A stretch of 64,000 nucleotides of DNA from Candidatus Binatia bacterium (GTDB lineage Bacteria > Desulfobacterota > Binatia > HRBIN30): contig JBBRSP010000008.1 in NCBI GenBank assembly GCA_038245295.1, positions 1 through 64,000 of the forward strand, written 5' to 3'. Numbering within the stretch: the first letter of the stretch is position 1; the number at the start of each line of letters is the position of its first letter. The notes under the pieces are model-generated. The model was not told the origin of the DNA, made no database searches, and saw nothing but the letters and a program-made list of their open reading frames with translations. Both the position numbers and the translations under genes were made by a program. Shown here piece by piece: positions 22,683 through 31,972 of this stretch.

Positions 22683-24227
22683 GTGGGGCGCTTTTACGTC
22701 ACATCGCCGATTTATTACATCAATGCGGAGCCGCATCTCGGTCATACCTATACGATGATCGTCGCCGACACGCTGGCCCGCTTCCACGCGTTGCGGGGTG
22801 ACGAGACATTTTTTGTTACCGGCACCGACGAACACGGTGACAAGATCGCCGAGATGGCGGGCAAGTCTTCCGAGCCGCCACAAGAATTTGCCGACCGCAT
22901 CAGTCCGCTATTTCGCACCACCTGGGATGCCTGTGGCTTCCTCTACGACGGCTTCGTCCGCACGACAGATCCGCAGCACGAGGCTGTTGTCCAAGAATTC
23001 CTCTCGCGGGTACACGCGAATGGCGACATCTACTTCAGTCGTTACGGCGGTCTCTACTGTACGGGGTGCGAACGCTTCCTGACCGAGAAGGAGCTGGTCA
23101 ACGGCAACTGCCCCGACCACCTCCGGCCGCCGACGCTGATCGAGGAAGAGAACTATTTCTTCCGCATGACGAACTATATCGACCGTGTCATCGAGCACTT
23201 CGAGAAACACCCGGAGACGATCACTCCTGACCGTTATCGCAATGAAGTGATGGCGATGCTGAAGAGCGGGCAGATCGGCGACCTCTGTATTTCGCGCCCC
23301 AAGAGCCGCCTGCAATGGGGCATTGAGCTGCCGTTCGACCGCAACTACGTCACCTACGTGTGGTTCGATGCGTTGATCAGCTACGTCAGCGGTCTCGCCG
23401 CCAAGGGGCCGACGACTGTTGAAGAGTTCTGGCCCGCCGCCCACCACATCATCGCCAAGGATATTCTCAAGCCACATGCCATCTTCTGGCCGACCATGCT
23501 CATGGCGCTCGGGTTGCCGATGTACCGGCAGCTCGTCGTGCATGGATATTGGCTGCGCGGCGAAACGAAGATGTCGAAAAGCCTCGGTAACGTCATTCGT
23601 CCGCTCGACATGAAGGCGCGCTTCGGTCTCGACTCGCTGCGCTACTTCGTGTTGCGTGAGATGTCCTTCGGGCAGGACGCGGTGTTCAGCGAGGATGCGT
23701 TTGCGACACGCGTCAACGCCGATCTCGCCAACAACCTGGGCAACCTCGTCAGCCGCACGTTGTCGATGCAGCAGCGCTACTTCGGCGGTGTCGTGCAACC
23801 TCTAGGCGAGGCGACACAAGAGGATCGTGTGCTGATGGATCTGTTTGCCGAGGCCTGGCGCGACGTGCCCGATCTCACCAGCCAGTACGCCTTCCATAAG
23901 GCGCTGGAGAGTTTGTGGCGGGCCATCGATTACGCCAACAAGTATATCGTCGTCACGGCGCCGTTTACGTTGGCCAAGCAAGAGCAGAACAAGCCGCGGG
24001 TTGGTGCCATCTTGCATCACCTGCTCGAAGCCCTGTGCGCCAGCGCCACACTGCTGGCGTGGTCGATGCCCGAAACCAGCGCCAAGATCTTCGCCTTGTT
24101 GGGCGTGACGGCGCCGACGGCGTTGCCGAAGGACCTGGCGTGGGGAACCCACTTTCCGCCCGGCCATACGACCGAGGCGCCGTTCGCCCTGTTCCCACGC
24201 ATCGAACTGGAGAAAGCCGAGGCCTGA
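22683..24227 (+). CDS. metG: methionine--tRNA ligase, short form without C-terminal tRNA-binding domain
   Basis: PIYYIN..PHLGH, TGTDEHG, YVWFDAL, KMSKS. Confidence 0.96.
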   Translation: MGRFYVTSPIYYINAEPHLGHTYTMIVADTLARFHALRGDETFFVTGTDEHGDKIAEMAGKSSEPPQEFADRISPLFRTTWDACGFLYDGFVRTTDPQHEAVVQEFLSRVHANGDIYFSRYGGLYCTGCERFLTEKELVNGNCPDHLRPPTLIEEENYFFRMTNYIDRVIEHFEKHPETITPDRYRNEVMAMLKSGQIGDLCISRPKSRLQWGIELPFDRNYVTYVWFDALISYVSGLAAKGPTTVEEFWPAAHHIIAKDILKPHAIFWPTMLMALGLPMYRQLVVHGYWLRGETKMSKSLGNVIRPLDMKARFGLDSLRYFVLREMSFGQDAVFSEDAFATRVNADLANNLGNLVSRTLSMQQRYFGGVVQPLGEATQEDRVLMDLFAEAWRDVPDLTSQYAFHKALESLWRAIDYANKYIVVTAPFTLAKQEQNKPRVGAILHHLLEALCASATLLAWSMPETSAKIFALLGVTAPTALPKDLAWGTHFPPGHTTEAPFALFPRIELEKAEA

Positions 24228-24229
24228 GC

Positions 24230-25042
24230 GTGGCAGCCCATCCGTTGCCCGTGTTGTCCGCCGGCGTGACGGCGATCGATTCTCACTGCCACCTCGACGA
24301 GGCGCGCTTCGATGGTGATCGCACCGGTGCGATCGAACGTGCTTGCGCCGCTGGCGTCACGACCATGATCACCATCGGCGCCAGCGACGGTATCGAAGCA
24401 AACTTCACCGCTGTCGAACTGGCGGCACAGAATCCTCACGTGTTTGCCAGCGTCGGCATCCATCCGCACGAGGCGGCCAGCGTCACACCCGAGGTCTTGG
24501 CGACAATCGGTGACCTCGCGAGGCGCTCGAAGGTGGTGGCGATCGGCGAGACCGGCCTCGATTACTACTACGACAACTCTCCGCGCGCCGTTCAGCAACA
24601 AGTCTTTCGCGACTTCATCGAGTTGGCGCGCGCCACCGGGTTGCCGTTGTCGATTCATCTGCGCGACGCCTACGACGACGCGGCGCGAGTGCTGCGCGAG
24701 GCCGGCGGCGCAGCCGTCGGTGGCGTCATCCACTGCTTCAGCGGCGATCGTCAGGCGGCTCGCACGTTCCTGGATCTCAATTTCGACCTGTCGTTCAGCG
24801 GCGTTGTCACGTTCAAGAACGCCGAGGAACTGCGCGCGGTAGCTCGGATGGTGCCGGCGGATCGCTTCCTGATCGAGACCGACGCGCCGTTCTTGGCGCA
24901 GATACCCATGCGCGGCAAACGCAACGAGCCGGCGTATGTGTTGTACACCGCCGCCGCGATCGCCGCGGCGCGCGCCGTCTCCCTCGACGAGGTTGTCACG
25001 CAAGCCGCCACAAATACGCGGCGCCGCTTTCGGTTGCCGTGA
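24230..25042 (+). CDS. tatD: TatD family hydrolase
   Basis: DSHCH, GIHPH, IGETGLDY, HCFSG, ETDAPF; start taken as GTG 24230. Confidence 0.94.
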   Translation: MAAHPLPVLSAGVTAIDSHCHLDEARFDGDRTGAIERACAAGVTTMITIGASDGIEANFTAVELAAQNPHVFASVGIHPHEAASVTPEVLATIGDLARRSKVVAIGETGLDYYYDNSPRAVQQQVFRDFIELARATGLPLSIHLRDAYDDAARVLREAGGAAVGGVIHCFSGDRQAARTFLDLNFDLSFSGVVTFKNAEELRAVARMVPADRFLIETDAPFLAQIPMRGKRNEPAYVLYTAAAIAAARAVSLDEVVTQAATNTRRRFRLP

Positions 25043-25072
25043 CGCCGTCGTCGGCGGGCACCCGGTTGAAGC

Positions 25073-27268
25073 TCACGCGGCGCTGGGTTCATCCAACAGT
25101 CGCAGCACCGCGCGCAGCTGCGGTGCCGTGCAAGGCTTGCTCAGAAGGGGTCGCGGCGGCAGCGACTGACGCAATCCGCTCTCGTTGCCGCGCCACAGAC
25201 CGCCTGTCACGAAGATCACCCGCTGCGCTTGGGTCGGTCGCTTCTCCGCCAGCTCCCGGTAGACGTCCGGCCCAGAGACATCAGGCAGACGGACATCGAG
25301 CAGGATGGCGTCGAAACTCTCGTGCATCAATCGATCGAGCGCCTCGCGACCGCTGGCCACGCGTTCTACCTGGCGGCCGTCGCGTTTGAGCATGTCGTTA
25401 AGCGATGCCGCCACGTTGTCGTCATCGTCGACGAGCAGGATACGCTGGCTGGATGCCAAATCCGGCGTCGCCTGAGGCAGGCGCATGCGGAATGTGGCGC
25501 CGTGTCCGAGCTCGCTCTCGGCGCTCAGGTCACCGCCGTGCGCGCGGACGATCTGGTAGCTGACACTCAACCCCAGTCCGGTGCCTGTTGGCTTCGCCGA
25601 GTAGAACGGGTCAAAGATACGCGGTAGCGCCTCAGCCGTGATGCCGGGGCCGTCGTCGCTCACCGCCACTTCAACTCGGTCGTCGATGGCCCGGACAGTA
25701 ACGGTGATGCTGCCGCCGCCGGCACTACTGAGTGCCTGCGAGGCATTCGTCAGCAAGTTGATCAGTACCTGTTGGATCTGCTTCGGATCGGCCAGCACAG
25801 GTGGGCCGCTTGGCTCCGCATTCACGGTGACACGCACGCCGTAGCGATCGAACTCGTGAGTGATCAGATCAATCGTCTCGCGGACGACTTGTGCCAACTG
25901 GATCGATTCGCGCTTCGGCGTATCCGGGCGCGCAAAGCCGAGGAGCTCCTGGACGATCTCCGCGATCCGTAAACCCTGCTGTTCGACGCGGCGCATCGAG
26001 GCGAGTAGCTCGACGCGCGTGCTGTGGTCGCGGGCGATATCGGCTTCGCCCAGGATGGCGACAAGGGCGTTGTTTACTTCGTGTGCGACGCCGGCGGCGA
26101 GTGCGCCGGCACCGGCCAGGCGATCGGCGCGGGCCAGGTTTTCCTGCAAGTGTGCCTGACGAGCGACGAGCTCAGCGCGCTCGATTGCGACCGCGGTTTG
26201 GCGCGCCACGCCATCGGCCAGACGAAAATCGCTTTGCGTGAAACTCTGCCCCCCGCGTCGAGCGAAGAAGACGGCACCGAAAAATTGGCCGCCACTCAAG
26301 AGTGGCGCTGTCAGAACCGCCGGGGCATCAGGAACACCAACGCGGGCCGCTTCCCGCGGTCCAAGGACGGCGCAGTGACCCAGGTGGCGAACCCATTCCA
26401 TGTCGGGAACTTCGGTCGGTGAAAGATCGCAACCCAACCAATCCTTGTACGCGGCCGCATCAAGGCCGGAGGCGGCCGCCGCATGGTACAGCGATCGCTC
26501 TTCGTCCCAAAGGAACACACCGCACGAGTCGACCTGCAGCACCCGCGGGGCGATCTCAACAACCGTGTCGAGGACGTGATCGAGTGACGTTAGACGACTG
26601 ATCGCTTCGCTCACCGACAACAAGGCGCCGGCAACTGACGCCGACCCGTGTTCGCGTTCGGCTGCCCGCCGTGATCGCTGGGCCGCCTGTTGGCTGCGCT
26701 GACGCATCTCCCACGAGCTTTGGAATAGCCATACCGCCGACATCAAGGCGCACAGAATGGCGGCGCCATGGACAGCAATCTCCGCCGGGCCGTCGAGAGC
26801 CAGCGACTGGGGCGGTAGCCAATCGATCGCGAGAAGCGGCGGGCCGAGCACTACGATGATGAAGGCGACTACTGTACTGACCATCGCCGTCAGGCCGACG
26901 ATCGGCGAGAAAACGGCGCCATAGAAGAGCACCTGGCTGAAGAGCAGGTAGTTTAGGGGGCTCCGCAAGCCGAATGTCACCGCCGAGCCGAAGACGAACG
27001 CTCCCAAGGTGAGAGCGAGATCAAAACGCAGCGCCGCGTCGGACAGTTTCTCGGCAGTGAAGCGTCGATGGCCGACGACAGCGAAGACGAAATAGGTAAA
27101 GAAGATGAGTTGAGCGAGACCGAGAAGCTTCAGGCCGGCATCGACCGCGAGCAGCGTGTGGGTGACGAAGTACCATGCGATCAATGTTTCGAAGAGGCGA
27201 AACGCGGTGAGCGTCCTCGCCCCGCCACGCAAGCGTTCGGAGTCGATGGAGGCGGCGATCGCAAACAC
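25073..27268 (-). CDS. membrane-bound hybrid sensor histidine kinase (TM-GAF-HisKA-HATPase-REC)
   Basis: TM N-terminus, GAF, AHEVNN H-box, NLLTNA, DDGPG, GTGLGL, C-terminal LLVDDD..DVRLP..KP. Confidence 0.92.
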   Translation of the reverse strand: MFAIAASIDSERLRGGARTLTAFRLFETLIAWYFVTHTLLAVDAGLKLLGLAQLIFFTYFVFAVVGHRRFTAEKLSDAALRFDLALTLGAFVFGSAVTFGLRSPLNYLLFSQVLFYGAVFSPIVGLTAMVSTVVAFIIVVLGPPLLAIDWLPPQSLALDGPAEIAVHGAAILCALMSAVWLFQSSWEMRQRSQQAAQRSRRAAEREHGSASVAGALLSVSEAISRLTSLDHVLDTVVEIAPRVLQVDSCGVFLWDEERSLYHAAAASGLDAAAYKDWLGCDLSPTEVPDMEWVRHLGHCAVLGPREAARVGVPDAPAVLTAPLLSGGQFFGAVFFARRGGQSFTQSDFRLADGVARQTAVAIERAELVARQAHLQENLARADRLAGAGALAAGVAHEVNNALVAILGEADIARDHSTRVELLASMRRVEQQGLRIAEIVQELLGFARPDTPKRESIQLAQVVRETIDLITHEFDRYGVRVTVNAEPSGPPVLADPKQIQQVLINLLTNASQALSSAGGGSITVTVRAIDDRVEVAVSDDGPGITAEALPRIFDPFYSAKPTGTGLGLSVSYQIVRAHGGDLSAESELGHGATFRMRLPQATPDLASSQRILLVDDDDNVAASLNDMLKRDGRQVERVASGREALDRLMHESFDAILLDVRLPDVSGPDVYRELAEKRPTQAQRVIFVTGGLWRGNESGLRQSLPPRPLLSKPCTAPQLRAVLRLLDEPSAA

Positions 27269-27308
27269 GCCGGGAAGCTACTGCGCGCCGGTGGCGATCG
27301 CAAGGATT

Positions 27309-27348
27309 AAGTCCCCGCGCCGGAACAACCAGCCGAACGCGGGGACTT
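27309..27348 (-). terminator. putative terminator hairpin after the exported protein gene
   Basis: AAGTCCCCGCG ... CGCGGGGACTT 11-bp inverted repeat just downstream of the stop at 27365; U-tract weak. Confidence 0.55.
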
Positions 27349-27364
27349 GGCGGATGTGAACGGG

Positions 27365-27943
27365 TTACTTGGATTTCTTCTTGGCGGCGGGCTTTTCTTC
27401 CTTGGGGGCGTCGTCCGCCGTTGCGTCACATGCCTTGTAGTTCGGTGGCAGCATGAACATCGCGAAGTAGGCATCGGAGTCGCCCTTCTTCGAGTCAACC
27501 TGCGTGCCGATGTCGACGACTACGGGCTCTTTGCCCTTGCGCTCGGCGGTTGCACCAAGGATCAGGCGGAACATGCCCTTGTCGAAGGTCTTGCTGCGGT
27601 GTCCCCAGCCATTCGGCATGAACAGCTTGACGAAACGATCTTGCAGCGGCCGCCCGTCGGTGTCGGTCAGGGTGCCGGTCACGTGTAGATCGAAGCCGTA
27701 CTCGAGCAATCGTACGTGATTCGATTGCAGCAGGCAGGTGCCGCACTTCTTGCCCTTGCGGAACCCATCCTCGGCGCCGGGTTCACAACCCTTCTTGCCA
27801 GGACCGGCCTGACAATCGTTGCACAGGACGATGACCGCGACCGTCTTGCCGTCCGGACCCTTCACCGGGATCTCGTCGGCTGCCGCGAAGGCGCTCGATG
27901 CGAAGACGGCAAGTGCCGCCAGACTCAACCACCCCATCTTCAT
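27365..27943 (-). CDS. exported hypothetical protein with two CxxC motifs
   Basis: Sec-type signal (..SSAFA), CNDC, CGTC, Lys-rich tail; GGAGG RBS. Confidence 0.8.
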   Translation of the reverse strand: MKMGWLSLAALAVFASSAFAAADEIPVKGPDGKTVAVIVLCNDCQAGPGKKGCEPGAEDGFRKGKKCGTCLLQSNHVRLLEYGFDLHVTGTLTDTDGRPLQDRFVKLFMPNGWGHRSKTFDKGMFRLILGATAERKGKEPVVVDIGTQVDSKKGDSDAYFAMFMLPPNYKACDATADDAPKEEKPAAKKKSK

Positions 27944-28041
27944 TGTGATTCCTCCACTCCGACGCCGTCTTGGCCCCGGGCATCCGTTGAATTCAAAGCG
28001 TCCCTCCTATAGTCGACACGTCCGGAGGGCTCAACGCCGTC

Positions 28042-28821
28042 GTGTCCGACGCTCCACTCACGACCGAGATTCAGCGGGCCGCGAAAAATCTTTCCCAGGC
28101 GCGCTACGTCATTGCTCTTACCGGGGCGGGAATGTCGGTTGAGAGCGGTATTCCACCGTTCCGCGGCCCGGGGGGCCTGTGGACCAAACACGGCGAGCCG
28201 CCGATGAACGGCTATGAACGGTTCCTCGCCGATCCGAAAAAGGCTTGGGAGGATCGATTGTCGCCGAGTGGCCCGATGCGCGAGCTTTGGGAAACGCTGC
28301 GGGTTGCAACACCGAATCCCGGTCACGTGGCGCTTGTCGAGTTGGAACGTCTCGGCGTCTTGCGTTGCCTGATCACTCAAAACATCGATGACCTGCATCG
28401 CGTCGCCGGCAGCCGCAACCTTGCCGAGATTCACGGCAACGTCACGTTGATCCGTTGTATCGAATGCACTCGCCGATTCGAACGCGCGGCCATTGCAATC
28501 GATGTCCTGCCGCCGCTCTGTCCGCAGTGCGGCGGCATTCTCAAGAGTGATACCGTGTCCTTCGGCGAGCCGATTCCCCGCGACGTGCTGGCGCGCTGCA
28601 GCGAGGAGTCCGACAAGGCCGACTGCATGATCGTTGCCGGCACGTCGGCGACCGTCTACCCGGCGGCGCAATTCCCCTTCGATATCTATCAGCGCGGCGG
28701 CAAGCTCATCGAGATCAACCCGTACGAGAGTGAGTTGTCGGCCTACTGTGCCGTGAGTCTGCGCGGCGCTTCCGGCGAAGTGTTGCCGCAACTCGTCGCC
28801 GAGCTGCGGCAGCGCGCCTGA
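28042..28821 (+). CDS. cobB: NAD-dependent protein deacylase (sirtuin)
   Basis: GAGMSVESGIP.FRG..GLW, TQNID.LH, HG, CIEC/CPQC, GTS..VYPAA. Confidence 0.93.
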   Translation: MSDAPLTTEIQRAAKNLSQARYVIALTGAGMSVESGIPPFRGPGGLWTKHGEPPMNGYERFLADPKKAWEDRLSPSGPMRELWETLRVATPNPGHVALVELERLGVLRCLITQNIDDLHRVAGSRNLAEIHGNVTLIRCIECTRRFERAAIAIDVLPPLCPQCGGILKSDTVSFGEPIPRDVLARCSEESDKADCMIVAGTSATVYPAAQFPFDIYQRGGKLIEINPYESELSAYCAVSLRGASGEVLPQLVAELRQRA

Positions 28822-28849
28822 CAAGCCGTCGCTCGCGAGGCCGCGCCAA

Positions 28850-28940
28850 GGGAAGGGGTCCTGCCCCCGTTTCCGCTGGCGCGACGCTCGGTTTCCTTGA
28901 TGAACTTCGCCGCCGGAAACGGGTCCTGTCCCCTTTTTTC
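28850..28940 (-). repeat. about 90-bp interspersed repeat, copy 1
   Basis: Reverse complement aligns along its length with 45734-45823; contains two GGGGNCAGGACCC sub-repeats. Confidence 0.85.
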
Positions 28941-29406
28941 AGCGCGGGCGCCGAGGATCAATGTGATCAGCGTCGCTCGCGGCGCAAACCCTTCCTGGCG
29001 TGCCAGTCGGTAACCGATGCCGACACTGCACAACGCGGCGAAGGCCCACGGGATTGGGTAGAGCCGTAGGCCGAACAGAAAGGGATACGCGACGCGCCGG
29101 ACTCCGCCAAAGCTCGCCTCGTTGAGTCAAGATATTCGTTGCCCCCGAAGGCCCACGGAAATTCTCGCCGATGCCGTTGCAATATACCTCTCGGTTGTTG
29201 TCTAAGAGCCGGTGTCCTGTTTGATTGTTTGGGTTTACCCGGGTGGTGATCGACCCGGCGGTGTTGCTTGGCTGCGGTTCGGCGGAGTGGGGCGGCAACC
29301 GGCTCGGCGACAGCTCGTCGAGACGGATCGGAAGCCTTCGGCGGCCGGGCGGCATGAGTTTTTGATCGGTAGTTTGCAATGTTTAGCTCACGGAGGGTGA
29401 CGCAAC

Positions 29407-31932
29407 ATGATCCCGCAAAGATGGATTGAAGCTTACCTGCACTTTCTACTCCGGAATCGCGTCTTGATGATGCTGATTGTCGCCGGATTGACGGTGTTCT
29501 TCTCGTTCGAGGTCTCGAAGATTCGGTTGCACACCGACTTCTTCGATTTTTACCCGCGGCGTCATCCCTACATCCAGTTCTACAACGAGTTCCGCACGAT
29601 GTTCGGCACGGCCAACGTGATGAACATCATCGTCGAGGTGAAGCACGGCGACATCTACACGCCGGAGACACTGCAGAAACTCGACCGCATGACCAAGTTC
29701 ATGATCAACACGCCCGGCGTTGTTCCCTACCAGGTGCTGTCGATCGCTCACCCGGCGGTGAACAGCGCCACGGTTACACAAGGCGCCGTGCAGGTGAGGC
29801 CCATCTTTTACCCGGGCGTCCCCCAGACAAAGGAGGACGCCGAGAGAGTGCGTTTCTCTGTCTATGCCAATCCCAATATCCGCGGTCTCTATGTTGCCAA
29901 CGACGATACCGCGGCGGTGATCAACACCGGCTTCTGGGAAGAGAAACTCGACTTCCGCACGCTGTACGACCGCATGACGCAGCTCAAGCATGACGAGGAC
30001 GACGCCAACCACACCATCTTCATTACTGGCTTTCCCTGGCTCTACACATCCGTCCTGCAGTACACGAACCAACTCGTCTACATCTTCGGTCTGACGCTCC
30101 TGACCCTGTCCTTCCTGCTGTACTCGTACTTCCGTACGTGGACCGGAATCTGGGTGCCGATCTTCTCCGGTGTGCTGTCTACCGTGTGGGGCCTCGGCAT
30201 GGCCTCCTTCCTCGGCTTCAACCTCGACCCATTGGTGCTGGTCATTCCCATTTTCTTGACCGCGCGCGCTCTCAGTCACTCGGTCCAATCGATGGATCGC
30301 TACCACGAAGAGTATTATCGCCTGCGCAATCGCGAGCAGGCGATCATTGTGTCGTACGAGCGTCTCTTCGAACCGGCCATGTCGGGCATCTTGTGCGACG
30401 GCCTTGGTTTGCTGATTGTTTCGGTTGCCCCGATCCCGCTGATTCAGAAGGTCGCCATCTTCGCCAGCTTCTGGATCGTCTCGATCTTCATCAGTGTCGT
30501 GACATTGCACCCGATCATTCTGGCCTTCATCAAGCCGCCACCCGACCACCTTGGGTTTGAACAACGCCAGGCTGCCGTTGGACTGTGGACCGCCCGAGCG
30601 ATCCTCTACACCACGGTCGGCCTTGCCATTGGCTTGCATATGAAGGGATATATCGAGTCGTCGCTGATCACCTTCCTGGTGACGACGCCGGTGCTTGCCT
30701 GGTACTGGATCAACTTCGGTGATCGCGCCTACGAATCGTGGACGCGGTACACGATTGCGGCCAGCCAGGGGAAGGGGCGCTGGATCGTCAGCGTTCTAAC
30801 CTTGGCTCTGTTCCTGATTCTGCCGATCTGGGGCTGGCAGCTGAAGGTCGGTGACATGACGCCGGGCGCCGCCCTGCTGTTCCCCGAACATCCGTACAAC
30901 GTCGCCTACAAGAAGCTCAATGAGAAGTTCCTTGGCGCCAGTCAGTTGATCGTTATCGCCGACACCCTGCGTCCTGACGGTGTCAAACAAGCCTCAGCAC
31001 TCAACGCCATGGAAGAGTTGTCGTACCACATGCAAGAGGCCGAGGGTGCCAGTCGGACGCTGACCATCGTCGACGTGATCAAACAGCTGGCACGCCTGCA
31101 ACACGAAGGCGATCCGAAGTGGAGCATCGTGCCGACCAATCCGAAGGAGATCGGTCAAATCATCTACACCTTCACGCAGAACGCCAATATTGCCGCGCTC
31201 AATTTCTTCATGGACCCGAGCGCCGAGTACGGCTCAATCATTACCCTGTTCCACGAGCACTCGCACGACATCATCAAGAAGGCGATCAGTCGTGCCAAAG
31301 AGTTTGCCGCCACCAACACCAACAACGAGATTGAATTCCGTCTTGCCGGCGGCTTGTTCGGTATTCTGGCTGCCGTCAACGAGGCGGTGGAAGACTCCTA
31401 CTGGCTCAACCTCGGCCTCATCTTCGGCGTCGTCTACATCTGCTTGCTACTCACCTACGGATCGTTTTACGCCGCGACGATTCTGATCGTCCCGGTCGTG
31501 TTGTCGCAGTTAGCCGCCGAGGCGTTCATGGTGCTGATGCACATCGATATGAACGTCAACTCGTTACCGATCGCGGCGGCCGGTGCCGGTGTCGGCGTCG
31601 ACTATGGCATCTACCACTTCAGCCGCATGATCGACTCGTACGATGAAGTCGGTGATCTCGACGAAGCGATCGACCACGCCACCGCGACGACGGGCAAGGC
31701 GATCATCTTCACCGGAACGACGATGATGGTGGGAACCGGATTCTTCTGGCTCTCCGATCTGAAGTTCCTGGCTGAGATGGGCCTTCTGCTGTCGCTGCTC
31801 ATGACCTTCAACAAGTTCGGCGCGCTTATCGCGGTGCCGGCCTTCGTGAAGGTTCTGCGCCCCGCGTTCATTCTCAGGCGCCGCGTCAAGGGTAAGGAAC
31901 ACGCGGAGCCAGCCAAGTTGGTTGCTGCCTAA
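29407..31932 (+). CDS. MMPL / RND family transporter
   Basis: Two-repeat topology with about 12 TMs and two large extracytoplasmic loops; GVGVDYGIY, TTGKAIIF. Confidence 0.9.
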   Translation: MIPQRWIEAYLHFLLRNRVLMMLIVAGLTVFFSFEVSKIRLHTDFFDFYPRRHPYIQFYNEFRTMFGTANVMNIIVEVKHGDIYTPETLQKLDRMTKFMINTPGVVPYQVLSIAHPAVNSATVTQGAVQVRPIFYPGVPQTKEDAERVRFSVYANPNIRGLYVANDDTAAVINTGFWEEKLDFRTLYDRMTQLKHDEDDANHTIFITGFPWLYTSVLQYTNQLVYIFGLTLLTLSFLLYSYFRTWTGIWVPIFSGVLSTVWGLGMASFLGFNLDPLVLVIPIFLTARALSHSVQSMDRYHEEYYRLRNREQAIIVSYERLFEPAMSGILCDGLGLLIVSVAPIPLIQKVAIFASFWIVSIFISVVTLHPIILAFIKPPPDHLGFEQRQAAVGLWTARAILYTTVGLAIGLHMKGYIESSLITFLVTTPVLAWYWINFGDRAYESWTRYTIAASQGKGRWIVSVLTLALFLILPIWGWQLKVGDMTPGAALLFPEHPYNVAYKKLNEKFLGASQLIVIADTLRPDGVKQASALNAMEELSYHMQEAEGASRTLTIVDVIKQLARLQHEGDPKWSIVPTNPKEIGQIIYTFTQNANIAALNFFMDPSAEYGSIITLFHEHSHDIIKKAISRAKEFAATNTNNEIEFRLAGGLFGILAAVNEAVEDSYWLNLGLIFGVVYICLLLTYGSFYAATILIVPVVLSQLAAEAFMVLMHIDMNVNSLPIAAAGAGVGVDYGIYHFSRMIDSYDEVGDLDEAIDHATATTGKAIIFTGTTMMVGTGFFWLSDLKFLAEMGLLLSLLMTFNKFGALIAVPAFVKVLRPAFILRRRVKGKEHAEPAKLVAA

Positions 31933-31972
31933 GCAGAGAACATCCTGACCGACATCAGCGCCGCAGGGGAGC

